DNA of 64,000 nucleotides, from the NCBI GenBank assembly GCA_037441705.1, contig JBBIRR010000001.1, positions 96,001-160,000 on the forward strand. Direction: 5' to 3'. How positions within the stretch are numbered: the first letter of the stretch is position 1; every line of letters starts with the position of its first letter. The notes beneath the pieces were generated by a model, which worked only from the letters and a program-made list of their open reading frames with translations, had not been told where the DNA came from and did no database searches. Made by a program: the position numbers and the translations under genes. Origin of the DNA: Ignavibacteriales bacterium. Lineage in GTDB: Bacteria; Bacteroidota; Ignavibacteria; UBA10030; UBA6906. Shown here piece after piece: positions 17,462 through 27,670 of the stretch.

Positions 17462-18664
17462 ATGCTTGCAGCAACACAGCGACACGTACAGAACGAACTC
17501 CTGTCGGACGAACGCATAGCCGGTATTCGGGCTTTGTTCCCACACACGGCTCAGCGCAAGGTCTACCTCAACCACGCAGGCACGGCACCGATGTGTACCC
17601 GCGTGGTGGAGGCGATCACGGCACACCTCCGGGAACGCTCGGCAGGCATGATCGAGACCTACATGGCGCAGGACGTTGCGAAGTTCGAGGAATGCAGAAA
17701 ACTCGTGCAGGAGCTGATCAATGCCGAATCGCCCGACCGCATCGCGCTGATGATGAACACGTCGGATGCAATCAATGCCGTAGCGTCGGGGCTATCGTGG
17801 AAGAGCGGCGACCGCATCCTGCTGCATGAGGCGGAGTTCCCGGCCAATGTGTGGCCCTATCTCGGACTCAAACGTCATGGGGTCGAGATCGATATCATTC
17901 CGCAGAGCAAGGGACACCCGACACCTGAGCTGATCGCCGATGCCGTCACGACGCGAACGAGATTGATTGCGTTGAGCGCGGTGCAGTTTCTCACGGGCTA
18001 TCGTGCCGATCTCGAAATGATCGGATCGTTCTGCCGCCGCAACGGGATCATTTTCGTCGTGGATGGAATTCAAGCGGTTGGTGCTCTGCGGCTGGATGTG
18101 CAACGAATGAAGATCGACGCTCTCGCTTCCGGCTGTCAGAAGTGGCAGTTGGGTCCGCAGGGAACCGGCTGGCTCTACCTGACGGAGGAATTGCAGCAAC
18201 GCATCCATCCTGCCTTCGTGGGTTGGCTCGCCGTGGAAGACCCGTGGGATTTCTTCAACTACGATCAACGACTTTCCACAACTGCGCGTATGTTTGAAGG
18301 GGGAACGAAGAACATCCCCGGCTTGTACGGCATGGCGGCCGCGCTGAAGGTGCTTCTCGACGTTGGCCTTGAAAGCATCGAGGCGCGCATCCTGACTCTC
18401 ACACAACTCCTGATCGAGGAATTTCAGGAAATCACCGGACTGACGCTTCTGACGCCACCCCATGCGCATGAACGCGCAGGCATCGTCACCGTTGAGCTGC
18501 AGCCGGGAGTGAACGCAAAGGAAGTCTACAAGTTCTTGCTCGGACAGAACGTTACCGTGGCTTTGCGTGAGGGGAGATTGCGCTACGCTCCACACTTCTA
18601 TAATACGCAGGATGAAATTGCTCTCGCGATCGAGCGCACACGCGAAGCACTTGCACTATACTAG
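17462..18664 (+). CDS. Class V PLP-dependent enzyme (cysteine desulfurase/C-S lyase fold)
   Basis: YLNHAGTAP, EFPAN, VDGIQAVG, SGCQKW (PLP lysine), LRYAPHFYNT. Confidence 0.9.
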   Translation: MLAATQRHVQNELLSDERIAGIRALFPHTAQRKVYLNHAGTAPMCTRVVEAITAHLRERSAGMIETYMAQDVAKFEECRKLVQELINAESPDRIALMMNTSDAINAVASGLSWKSGDRILLHEAEFPANVWPYLGLKRHGVEIDIIPQSKGHPTPELIADAVTTRTRLIALSAVQFLTGYRADLEMIGSFCRRNGIIFVVDGIQAVGALRLDVQRMKIDALASGCQKWQLGPQGTGWLYLTEELQQRIHPAFVGWLAVEDPWDFFNYDQRLSTTARMFEGGTKNIPGLYGMAAALKVLLDVGLESIEARILTLTQLLIEEFQEITGLTLLTPPHAHERAGIVTVELQPGVNAKEVYKFLLGQNVTVALREGRLRYAPHFYNTQDEIALAIERTREALALY

Positions 18665-18684
18665 CTCTTTCAATGGGGGGAAAC

Positions 18685-19095
18685 ATGCTTCCACCAAGCG
18701 ATGTCAGTACCGATATGAAAAAAGGACCGACGATTCTCCTCATCGACGACAACGAGGACTTCCGGGAAGCCCTGAAGCATCTTCTTGTCTCCCACGGCTA
18801 CCGCGTTTGCGAGGCGGGCAACGGCGAGCAGGCGCTGGAGCTGATGCACGTCGAAACTCCCGACCTCGCAATCGTGGACCTCGACATGCCGAAGATGAAC
18901 GGGATTGAATTCTCGCGCCGCGTGAAGAAGGACTGGCCCGGCTTTCCTATCCTCATGGTCACTGCATACTCGCGGTTTTATTCCACCAAGGAAGTTCTTG
19001 CCGCGGGCATTGATGCCTTCTTGCAGAAGCCGATTGACGGCGACAAGCTGATTGAGGTCATCAACCAGTTGCAGATTCCCGCGAAGAAAGCCTAA
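18685..19095 (+). CDS. Single-domain response regulator (CheY-like)
   Basis: ILLIDDN, VDLDMPKMNG, MVTAY, FLQKP; start after a GGGGGG RBS (MKKGP at 18715 is an alternative). Confidence 0.9.
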   Translation: MLPPSDVSTDMKKGPTILLIDDNEDFREALKHLLVSHGYRVCEAGNGEQALELMHVETPDLAIVDLDMPKMNGIEFSRRVKKDWPGFPILMVTAYSRFYSTKEVLAAGIDAFLQKPIDGDKLIEVINQLQIPAKKA

Positions 19096-19124
19096 CGCTG
19101 CTCGGCGTCCCTCCGGTCAGGCCC

Positions 19125-20078
19125 TTGCGCGCCATCGTCCAATACGTTCGGCAGTACTTCCGCTCGGAATACGACCCCCGGCTGTTCGGGTTGACTGCCG
19201 CGCTGCTTGCCGTCTCCTTTGCGATCAACTACGGACTTGACTTCGAGACAAACGTCATTCGTCGGCTGACGACACCGTGGGAGCAGGCGGCGTTCTTCTA
19301 CGTCTTCTATGCCGTGCCGTATTTCCTCACCCTCGTGTTCTGGAGATCTTCCACACATCGAAGGGGTCCGTTCCGCGATCGGCGGTTCTGGTTTCTCTTT
19401 CATTTATGCTTCGTCACCCTCGCAGTATATGTCACGCTCCATAACGTTCCGTACTTCCTTCTTCAGCACCAGCCGCGTGCTTATTCGTTCTTCCCAGCAC
19501 ATCTGCACACGTACATCGTTCGCTATGCGAGCAACGTGCTGCCCGGCATCATTGCCGTTATGCCTCTTGCCATCTATTGGTATGCACAGGATCGGTCGAC
19601 GTCGAGTTTCTACGGCTTCAGCACGTCGTACATCCGGTTGAGAACGTACACGGCAATTCTGCTCATCCTTGCACCGGTTATTCTCGCCGCATCGTTCAGC
19701 CCCGACTTCCGCGAGGCATATCCGCGGTACAAATTCGGTTTGCCAACCAACCTCCCGATGGGCGAGCAGCAAGTGCTTGTGGGATTGTTCGAGATTTGTT
19801 ATGGGATTGATTTCGTGATGGTTGAGTTGTTCTTTCGAGGATTTATGGTGATGGCATTTGCGCGGTTTCTCGGATCGGCCGCCATCCTGCCCATGGTTGT
19901 GGTATATGCATTCATCCATTTCCAGAAGCCGATCGGCGAGGCGCTCGGTTCCATTATCGGCGGACTTGTTCTCGGGATTATTTCCCACAACACCAAATCA
20001 ATCTACGGCGGGGTGATCCTTCATCTCGGTGTGGCTTATCTGATGGAGTTGGCGGGAACGCTGCAACGAGTCCTATGA
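19125..20078 (+). CDS. CPBP/CAAX-family intramembrane glutamic endopeptidase
   Basis: Multiple TM helices; VELFFRG, YAFIHFQKP, GVILH motifs. Confidence 0.85.
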   Translation: MRAIVQYVRQYFRSEYDPRLFGLTAALLAVSFAINYGLDFETNVIRRLTTPWEQAAFFYVFYAVPYFLTLVFWRSSTHRRGPFRDRRFWFLFHLCFVTLAVYVTLHNVPYFLLQHQPRAYSFFPAHLHTYIVRYASNVLPGIIAVMPLAIYWYAQDRSTSSFYGFSTSYIRLRTYTAILLILAPVILAASFSPDFREAYPRYKFGLPTNLPMGEQQVLVGLFEICYGIDFVMVELFFRGFMVMAFARFLGSAAILPMVVVYAFIHFQKPIGEALGSIIGGLVLGIISHNTKSIYGGVILHLGVAYLMELAGTLQRVL

Positions 20079-20107
20079 GGGGGGTAACGGCTCAGGTTTG
20101 GGGCGTC

Positions 20108-21334
20108 TTACGGATACTCCGCAGCAACCTTCTCGACCTCCGCCCACACCCGCATGAGATTCTCACCGCAGATTTTCCGGATATCCTCCTCTGAGTAGCC
20201 CCGATCCAGCAGCTCAGCGATCAGATTCGGGTACATCGAAACATCCTTCAAGCCGGTCGGAAGCGAATCGCCGACGCCGTCGAAGTCGGAGCCGAGGCCG
20301 ACATAGTCGATGCCGACCAACTGCACCACATGGTCAATGTGGGCGACCACGTCTTTCACATCGGCATAAATGGGGGGATGCTGCTCGCGGTACTGCCTTG
20401 CGTATTCCTGCGCAAGTGTGTCGGTTGGCTGCAGGTTGTGTTCTTCGTAGTATTTGTTCAGCGTGTTGCGTGCCTCTTCGTGATACCGACGCACCTCGTC
20501 TTTCAGAAAGCTCGAACCGAAGTTGATCTGGATGACGCCGCCGTTCTTTGCCAGCGCACGAATCATGTCATCGCTCATGTTCCGTTCCCAGCCCGGCGTG
20601 AAGTGCCGGCAAGACGAGTGCGATGCAATCACCGGCGCCTGCGTGACGCGTAGAATCTGGTAGAACGCACTGTCCGAGACATGCGACACGTCGATCATGA
20701 TGCCGAGGCGATTCATCTCCTTCACGACTTCTACGCCAAAGGGACTGAGACCGTCCCATCGTTTGTCCGGGTCGAACGATGAGTCGCAGATGTGATTGGA
20801 CTTTGCATGGGCCAGCGTGATGTAGCGGATGCCGCGTGTGTAGAAGTAGTGGAGATTTTCCAATCGTCCTTCGATCGGCGTTCCGTTTTCCATTCCCATC
20901 GGCAGCGAGATGACGCCGCGTTGAAAGTTCGCGCGTACATCTGCAGTGGACAACGCAAGCGCAAACTTCTCGGGCCACGCAGCCGCCAACTTCTCGACCA
21001 TCTGGATGAGCTGCTCGGCAAGGGCCCTGCCTCCTCCACTTTCCTCATACGCGGAAGGGACGTAAATAGACATGAAGGCCACGTCCAAGCCTCCCGCTTT
21101 CGCCCGTGGGTAATCGAAGTCGCCACTTTCCGTCCGCACAGAGATATCCTCCATCTTCGCTTGCAACCGATAGGGGACGTCAATGTGCGTATCAACAAGA
21201 AGAAGTCGGCGGGCAAGCTGTTCGGCCCGAAGTTCACGTTCCATATCATCCTTTGGTATGAAGACACGAGTCGGAGTGGCGCAGTAGAATGCAACCAGAC
21301 AAATAAGGAAAAAGCCAATCAGGCGGTAGTACAC
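20108..21334 (-). CDS. Membrane dipeptidase (M19), probable lipoprotein
   Basis: DTHID, GMENG, IDVSH, IASHS, GLGSDFDG; N-terminal hydrophobic stretch ending in Cys. Confidence 0.93.
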   Translation of the reverse strand: MYYRLIGFFLICLVAFYCATPTRVFIPKDDMERELRAEQLARRLLLVDTHIDVPYRLQAKMEDISVRTESGDFDYPRAKAGGLDVAFMSIYVPSAYEESGGGRALAEQLIQMVEKLAAAWPEKFALALSTADVRANFQRGVISLPMGMENGTPIEGRLENLHYFYTRGIRYITLAHAKSNHICDSSFDPDKRWDGLSPFGVEVVKEMNRLGIMIDVSHVSDSAFYQILRVTQAPVIASHSSCRHFTPGWERNMSDDMIRALAKNGGVIQINFGSSFLKDEVRRYHEEARNTLNKYYEEHNLQPTDTLAQEYARQYREQHPPIYADVKDVVAHIDHVVQLVGIDYVGLGSDFDGVGDSLPTGLKDVSMYPNLIAELLDRGYSEEDIRKICGENLMRVWAEVEKVAAEYP

Positions 21335-21346
21335 GCATCCTCCTGT

Positions 21347-23848
21347 TTAGAACGACACACTCAATCCGAACGAAGGAAAGATGGGAATCCCATAGATCAC
21401 CCGCTCACGCAGCACGCCTTTGTCGTCAATGAAATAGCTGAGCGCTTGCTGATTCTTGCGATAGTACGCGTTCTGGACGTCGAGATAGACGGCCCAGTTC
21501 AGTCCCCACCAAGATGGATACGTGGTGAGCCGGATATCGAGTGTATGATAGAGCTTCAGACGTCCCGAAAGGGCATCACGCTCGTAGTCGACATCAAGGA
21601 TCACCTTGCCTTCTCTGTCCGTTTGAATGACGGCGGTATCCAGGGAGCCGACCCGCGCGACGAGCACGCGGGGCTTCACGCCCAGCGCCTTCGCAAACGG
21701 CCTCCCCGAGCGCAGGGTGAAGCGCACACCCAGTTCCCACTTCTCGGCAAAGCGATAGTTCCCCACAATGTTCATCGCATGCCGCTGATCGAAGAAGAAC
21801 GGCGTCACCACACCGTCCCGATCGCGCTCGGCGAAGGAGAGTGCGTAGCTGATCCAGCCGTTGAACCTGTCGGTCGGGAGCGACGCGATCTTTTGCAGCA
21901 TCACTTCAAACCCATAGGCTCTGCCGGTTGCATCGTTCGTCGGGAAGGAGGTGAGAGAATCCGAGGGAATGCGGACGGGCGGCGTCCACCCGCGCACGGA
22001 GAAGATGCTTTCCGACGTCCGCTGCGAATACCAGCGGCCTCCCTGCAGTTTCTGCGGCACGATGACGTCGGAGAATCGCTTGTAGTATGTTTCCGCTTTG
22101 AATTGCCACGACGCCGTCACCATTCGCTCGATGCCGAGGATGTAGTGCTGGGCTTTTTCGGCAACCAGCGTCCTGAAACTTTCGTCGTCGAATGTGATGC
22201 GCGTCTGGAAGTTTTCCTTCTCCATGCCGGGCGATTGAAAGTACCATCCGTACGCGGCGCGTAGGGTTGTCAGATCGTTCAGCTTGTATGAGAGATTCAA
22301 ACGAGGAGAGAGATAGAGTTTCCTGGACAGGAACGGATAGAAATCCAGGCGCAGGCCCGGCTGAATGAACCATTTGTCGCCGATGGCAATCCGATCCTGC
22401 GCGTAGAGGTTGTACCGATTGTAGCGGACGCTTTCCGTCTGATTGGTCGGCACGACAAACCCGCGCTGTGCGATGAAGTCCTTCAGTGCCTGATCGATCT
22501 CGAAGAAGCGGGTAAAGTCCGTGCGAAGAAAATCAACCCCAACACCCGTTTCTACGGTGTGCCGCTCGAGCGTCCACACAAGCCGATGCTGCAGCGAGAA
22601 TTTCTGGTAGGCGTACGCATAGTCCACGGCAAAGCGAACGAAGCGGAGGCCGAGGGTATCGCCGCGGCCGATGCTGCCGGTGTTCTGGGACGGATCAACG
22701 AATGTTCCATCGAATGCGCCTTCACCCGAGTTGCGGTACCACGAGAGTTGCGTGCTGAGCAGCAGGTCGGTCGAGGGCGTAAATTGCCACGTGGCACCGA
22801 TCATCGAGTTGAATGATTCGTCGAAGACACTCACGCTGTCGGCGCGATCGCGCTCGGCGCCGGAGACTACCGAAGCGCCATCGCGCGAGGTCAGGGCATT
22901 CACGATCAGCCGGTGTGATTCGTTCAGCGGAAGAAGCCCCCGGAACTGCAAATCACGGAAGTTGGGAAGAGCAACGTCGCCTTCGACGAGCTTCGCCTTC
23001 TTGAGAATGGGACCGAGGATCAGATCGTAGTACGTGCGGCGCAGCGAGAGGAGGTACGACGAGCCTTCCCAGGGCAACGCCCCTTCGGCGATCAGATTCA
23101 TGTTGGTGAGACTCAAGTTCAGCTTCGCCGAGAGACCCACGTCGCTGCGCCCATCGCGGTTTTTCACATCAATAACTGCTGACAGACGGTCACCGTATTG
23201 CGCGGCAAAGCCGCCCGTCTGCAGACTGATGTCCCGCACGGTTTCAGGATTGAACATGGAGATGACGCCGTAGAGGCGATACGGGTTGATCACTTCAAAC
23301 CCGTCGATCATGATGAGATTCTGGTCGGGACCGGAGCCGCGCACGACGAGCTGCGAAGAAAAGTCGTTGACGCTGGTGACCCCGGGAAGTGCTTGCAGGC
23401 TGCGCAGCACATCCTCGGCGGCACCGGGGAGGTACTTGGCTTCGCGGGGCGTCATGGTCGTGACGCTGGGTCGAGTGTCTTCGGCGGCCTGCCGTCGGCT
23501 TCCGGTGATCAGAATCTGACTCAGCTCGATTTCGTTTTCGCGCAGCGTTATCTGCACGCGTACGGTATCATCAGCACGCACATGAACGCGCAGCGGCGCC
23601 GTTTGTTCGTAGCCGATGAGCCGCACCTGAAGGTTGTATGTGCCGACCGGAACGTTTGTGAGAACAAACGAGCCGTCCTCTTCCGCCACCGTGCCGAGTT
23701 TCGTGCCTTCCAAAACGATTGCAGCGTTGGCTGCGGCATCCCCCGTCTCCAGCGTCACCTTCCCGGTAACACTTCCGATGGGCTGCTGCGCGAGCAGTCT
23801 TCCGTTGAACACGAACAGCATGAGCAGCACTACCAAAGGCCGAAGCAC
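21347..23848 (-). CDS. TonB-dependent receptor with N-terminal carboxypeptidase-regulatory-like domain
   Basis: Plug motifs LQALPGV and VRGSGPDQNLIMIDG; beta-barrel strands; terminal GLSVSF; start set to GTG after a purine-rich RBS. Confidence 0.92.
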   Translation of the reverse strand: MLRPLVVLLMLFVFNGRLLAQQPIGSVTGKVTLETGDAAANAAIVLEGTKLGTVAEEDGSFVLTNVPVGTYNLQVRLIGYEQTAPLRVHVRADDTVRVQITLRENEIELSQILITGSRRQAAEDTRPSVTTMTPREAKYLPGAAEDVLRSLQALPGVTSVNDFSSQLVVRGSGPDQNLIMIDGFEVINPYRLYGVISMFNPETVRDISLQTGGFAAQYGDRLSAVIDVKNRDGRSDVGLSAKLNLSLTNMNLIAEGALPWEGSSYLLSLRRTYYDLILGPILKKAKLVEGDVALPNFRDLQFRGLLPLNESHRLIVNALTSRDGASVVSGAERDRADSVSVFDESFNSMIGATWQFTPSTDLLLSTQLSWYRNSGEGAFDGTFVDPSQNTGSIGRGDTLGLRFVRFAVDYAYAYQKFSLQHRLVWTLERHTVETGVGVDFLRTDFTRFFEIDQALKDFIAQRGFVVPTNQTESVRYNRYNLYAQDRIAIGDKWFIQPGLRLDFYPFLSRKLYLSPRLNLSYKLNDLTTLRAAYGWYFQSPGMEKENFQTRITFDDESFRTLVAEKAQHYILGIERMVTASWQFKAETYYKRFSDVIVPQKLQGGRWYSQRTSESIFSVRGWTPPVRIPSDSLTSFPTNDATGRAYGFEVMLQKIASLPTDRFNGWISYALSFAERDRDGVVTPFFFDQRHAMNIVGNYRFAEKWELGVRFTLRSGRPFAKALGVKPRVLVARVGSLDTAVIQTDREGKVILDVDYERDALSGRLKLYHTLDIRLTTYPSWWGLNWAVYLDVQNAYYRKNQQALSYFIDDKGVLRERVIYGIPIFPSFGLSVSF

Positions 23849-23966
23849 TTCCTCTCCTCTTCCTGATGATCGTTCGGTCGGGTTCCGTCTTGACCAACAC
23901 AATCTAACGAAACTTTTGTTCCGCGCAAAGGGGATGACGATTGTGTGTGCGGGTGGAGCATCATCG

Positions 23967-25532
23967 TCAGAGACTGATCACGCCAAAGATCATCCACCCA
24001 AAGACAAATAGAACGCCGATTGCTAAGAGCCAGCCCACGATATCCAGCACGACGCCGGCACGCATCATATCTTTCATCTTCACATAGCCCGTTCCGTACA
24101 CGATCGCGTTGGGCGGCGTCGCAACGGGCAGCATGAACGCCAATGACGACGCGATGGCCGCAGCAACGGCAAGTGCCACCGGATTCTCTCCCGTTCGCTG
24201 CGCGATGGAGATCACAACGGGAGCCATCATGGAAATGACCGCCGAGTTGGTGGCGATTTCGGTGAGGAAATCTATGAACAACACGACGGCAAACATCATG
24301 ACCACCGTCGAGGGGGAACCGACCAGCGAAATGAACGACGTTGCGATCCACGACGCGAAGCCGGTCTTGAACATTGCGTCGGAGAGGCCGATGCCTCCAC
24401 CGACGATGGCGAGCGCGCCCCATTCCACGTTGCGCAAATCTTTCCAGTGAAGAAGAAACGTCCGCTCTCGTACGTTGACGGGAATGATGAACAGGAGCAA
24501 TCCCGCGATCAGTCCGGTCGTGTATTCATCCAACCACTTCATGTGTGTGAGAACGCTCGCGGGAAAAAGTTCCGCTCGAAACGGGAGGGTCAACCATAAC
24601 ACCACGGCCAGTGAAAAGACGGCTATGGAACCCTTCTCTCCGCGGGAGAACCTACCGAGACGATGAAACTCATCGAGCAGACGCTTCTTACCTCCTTCGA
24701 ACGCCTCGACTTCCGGAGGAAAGAGTTTGATGAGAACCAACCAGGCAAGGGGAAGGAAGCAGACGACGAGCGGGACGCCGAACTTCAACCAGTCGAGAAA
24801 CGTGATGTGATGATACGAAGGGTCGTGCGCGAAGTGAGCATTGAGGACGCCGACGGCAATCCCGTTGGGCGGTGTGCCGATCAGCGATCCGACGCCGCCG
24901 ATGGACGCGGCCCATGCGATGCCGAGCATGAGCGACGTTCCGTACCGGGATTGGCCCGGTTCAGCACCGATGTACCCGAGAATACCGAGGCTGAGCGGCA
25001 ACATCATGGCGCAGGTTGCCGTGTTCGAAATCCACATGGAGAGGAAAGCACTCACCGCCATCATTCCAAAGAGTGTCGCCCGCGAACTCTCGGCCAGAGC
25101 GCCGCGGGTGAGGAACCACAACGTGATTCGTCGGTCGAGGTGCCAGCGGCGCATGGCGGCCGCGAGGAGAAATCCGCCAAAGAACAGAAGAACCACCGGA
25201 CTGACGTAGTGTCGTGCAACCATCGGCAGGCTGAACTCGACTACACTGCCATTGCTCAGGCCAACAATGCCCAGCGGCGGCACAACGGCCAACGGAAGAA
25301 GCGCCGTCCATGCGAGCGGGATCGCCTCCGTTATCCACCATATCACCATCCACGCCATGAGACCGGCGACGATTTGCATGGAGCGGGCAAACCGCCCTTC
25401 GTCGAGCGCGGCTATCCTGTGCTCGGCAATGAATGCACCCGATGCATCACGAAACGTGTCAAGCGGCGGCGCTGCGATCGCGAGAACGAAGAGGAGAATT
25501 CCGAGGGCAAACCCAAAGCGGCGCAGAGTCAT
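23967..25532 (-). CDS. DASS/SLC13 sodium:dicarboxylate or sulfate symporter
   Basis: WWITEAIP, SMWISNTAT, IGTPPN, AFMLPVATPPNAIVY. Confidence 0.93.
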   Translation of the reverse strand: MTLRRFGFALGILLFVLAIAAPPLDTFRDASGAFIAEHRIAALDEGRFARSMQIVAGLMAWMVIWWITEAIPLAWTALLPLAVVPPLGIVGLSNGSVVEFSLPMVARHYVSPVVLLFFGGFLLAAAMRRWHLDRRITLWFLTRGALAESSRATLFGMMAVSAFLSMWISNTATCAMMLPLSLGILGYIGAEPGQSRYGTSLMLGIAWAASIGGVGSLIGTPPNGIAVGVLNAHFAHDPSYHHITFLDWLKFGVPLVVCFLPLAWLVLIKLFPPEVEAFEGGKKRLLDEFHRLGRFSRGEKGSIAVFSLAVVLWLTLPFRAELFPASVLTHMKWLDEYTTGLIAGLLLFIIPVNVRERTFLLHWKDLRNVEWGALAIVGGGIGLSDAMFKTGFASWIATSFISLVGSPSTVVMMFAVVLFIDFLTEIATNSAVISMMAPVVISIAQRTGENPVALAVAAAIASSLAFMLPVATPPNAIVYGTGYVKMKDMMRAGVVLDIVGWLLAIGVLFVFGWMIFGVISL

Positions 25533-25576
25533 GATCAGAATTATGGTGATTAACGCGTGACAGAACGATCGGCCGA

Positions 25577-26563
25577 CTACAGCGTCATCGCTTCATCCAA
25601 CACACGCTGGTTTGCAAGTGCATTCTCGGCTGAAAGCAGGGGCTCGCGATCGCTCAGGATACACTCCGAGAAATGAATGATCTCCTCTACATACAAATTC
25701 GGAATCTCGAAGGACTCCGTAATAGCATCCGGCGTGCCGCCGGTGCGCCGTTCGATAAGCAGCTCGCCTCGACGCTCTCCGACCGTGAAATCGAGCGCCG
25801 ATAGCCGCGCTTCCGTTCCGAGAATCTCGATGCGGCTTTCGCGCAGCGGCGATTCATACGAGGAGAAAACCAGGCCGATTGCTCCCTTCGAAAACCGCAG
25901 GAGAAGCTGAGACGTGGTCTCCGTCTTCGTCTCCGTTGGCTTCGGCTCGAGGGTTCCTTTCACCGAGACGACCTCGTCATCCAGAATGAACCGAAGGGTA
26001 TCGAGGCAGTGCACGCCAACGTCAAACGTCGGCCCGCCGCCGGCAAGCGTCCGATCCATCAACCACGATCGAGAGCTGAGTCTGCCATCGTACACAAAGT
26101 CGGCGACGGCGCGAACGACACGTCCGACCGCCCCGCTGTGCACAAGCTCACGCATGCGCCGCACGAGCGGCGAAAGGCGCACCATGTGCCCCACCATCAA
26201 CTTCACGTTGCGCTGCCGGCAGACTTCGATCATCCGCATACACTCGGATGCGTTCATCGCCATCGGTTTCTCACACAACACGTGTTTGCCTGCCTGTGCC
26301 GCAAGCACGGTCTCCTCACAGTGGTTCGCATTGGGAGATGCAATGAAGACGGCATCGACATCGGGATGGGCGACCAACTCCGCAACCGACTCGAACGCAA
26401 GCGGGGCACCACATTGCAGAGCAGACACTCGCGCTTTTGCAAGCGAGCGATTTTGAATCGCCACCAACTCCGCATTGCGCGACCTGCCGATGGCTGGAGC
26501 TATGGCCTTTTCCGCAAACCTACCGAAGCCGACAATACCGTAGCGAACGCGACGCGCTGTCAT
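25577..26563 (-). CDS. Gfo/Idh/MocA family oxidoreductase
   Basis: GIVGFGRF, KHVLCEKPMA, GGGPTFDVGVH. Confidence 0.93.
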   Translation of the reverse strand: MTARRVRYGIVGFGRFAEKAIAPAIGRSRNAELVAIQNRSLAKARVSALQCGAPLAFESVAELVAHPDVDAVFIASPNANHCEETVLAAQAGKHVLCEKPMAMNASECMRMIEVCRQRNVKLMVGHMVRLSPLVRRMRELVHSGAVGRVVRAVADFVYDGRLSSRSWLMDRTLAGGGPTFDVGVHCLDTLRFILDDEVVSVKGTLEPKPTETKTETTSQLLLRFSKGAIGLVFSSYESPLRESRIEILGTEARLSALDFTVGERRGELLIERRTGGTPDAITESFEIPNLYVEEIIHFSECILSDREPLLSAENALANQRVLDEAMTL

Positions 26564-27357
26564 CGTTCAATCACGACTTCATCACCGACATGAAGCGTTC
26601 CGGTCGCCGCATGCAGCAGGTTCTGTCCAAACATCACCTTGTTGCCGACCGAGCGAAACGTTGCAAGCGTGCGCAGCGGTTCTTCGCCTGTTTGTGCCGT
26701 GTGCGTATCCACTGACGTCACAACACACCGGGCGCAGGGCTTCACGACCCGAAGCGGGACGGTGCCGATGCGGACTTGCTTCCAGGTGTCCTCAGCAAAG
26801 GGCGTGCAGCCGTCCACGACCAGATTCGGCCTGAACCGCTTCATCGGCAGAGGCGTTGCAAGACGGGCGTTGAGATCGTCCAACGACGGTTGAGAGATAA
26901 GCAGCAGCGGAAAGGCGTCGGCGAAACTCACCACCTCGCCGTTGCGAGCGTAACGCGTATCAACCCGTCGGATCGAGTTTTCCGTCATTGCAACGAGCGA
27001 ACAACGGATGCCGAGCAGCGTGCTGAACCACTCTGCCGCTGTTTTTCCGGCGGAAACGGCCTTGACGGTATCGCTCCACACCTGAACCGAGACGTGATCG
27101 TCTGATGGCGTCTCCAACGGCACAAGTAATGGAGACATTCCCGGCGCTTCCACATGCAGACGATCGGAAAGAAGTCGAACAGCAATCAACGTCATGCGCG
27201 GGAACTCGCGCTGCGTTACGAACCGACCCTGTTCATCCACCACCATCCAGTGCCGGTCATACCGAAGGCCACGCGCCTCAAGCTCCGCAGACGCTCGCTC
27301 AATTCCTCCGCAGCTCTTGATGGGATAAATCGTGATTGCGGAAAGTGTTATGCTCAT
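26560..27357 (-). CDS. MOSC-domain protein (YcbX/mARC-like)
   Basis: IYPIKSC, DRHWM, FADAFP, RFRPN, KPCARC; start set to MSITL because TTGAGA-N17-TATATT (27392-27420) overlaps the track's TTG start. Confidence 0.92.
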   Translation of the reverse strand: MSITLSAITIYPIKSCGGIERASAELEARGLRYDRHWMVVDEQGRFVTQREFPRMTLIAVRLLSDRLHVEAPGMSPLLVPLETPSDDHVSVQVWSDTVKAVSAGKTAAEWFSTLLGIRCSLVAMTENSIRRVDTRYARNGEVVSFADAFPLLLISQPSLDDLNARLATPLPMKRFRPNLVVDGCTPFAEDTWKQVRIGTVPLRVVKPCARCVVTSVDTHTAQTGEEPLRTLATFRSVGNKVMFGQNLLHAATGTLHVGDEVVIER

Positions 27358-27470
27358 CGAAAGGAGTGACTCGAATGGTGTAACCTGCTGCAATATATCG
27401 TATTCCTATCTCAGTCTCAATGAATCGAGCGCAAGAGGTTGCATCCGCAAAGCGGTGGTATCATCGATAA

Positions 27471-27618
27471 GCTTCGAGGTTCGGCGTTTGAGGTTGGAGG
27501 TTCAGGGTTCAGGGTTCAAGGTTCAGGATTCACGGTACATAAGCGTGCGGAGGCGCGGGTGACGATGTTCAATCGCGGATGTAGGATGCGGTTTTGGGGT
27601 TTGAGGTTCAGGATGCAG
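27471..27618. repeat. Two degenerate heptamer tandem tracts (consensus GGTTCAG)
   Basis: Nine units at 27471-27533 (gcttcga ggttcgg cgtttga ggttgga ggttcag ggttcag ggttcaa ggttcag gattcac) and about six weaker units at 27577-27618. Confidence 0.75.
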
Positions 27619-27634
27619 GTTGATTCTCGATCTG

Positions 27635-27670
27635 GATTCTTCGCCTCTGAAAAACGAGGCTCAGAATGAC
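27635..27670. repeat. REP-like imperfect palindrome GATTCTTCG...CTCAGAATGAC
   Basis: ATTCT-TC-GCCTC-loop-GAGGC-TC-AGAAT hairpin; resembles, from recall, a widespread GTCATTCTGAG..GAAGAATC extragenic repeat. Confidence 0.55.

Noticed and set aside
27439-27669. Short ORFs across the heptamer tracts (VQGSGFKVQDS...)
   Set aside because: These are translations of the 7-nt repeat with no RBS; the tracts are also not a CRISPR array (no 23-47 nt repeats with spacers)
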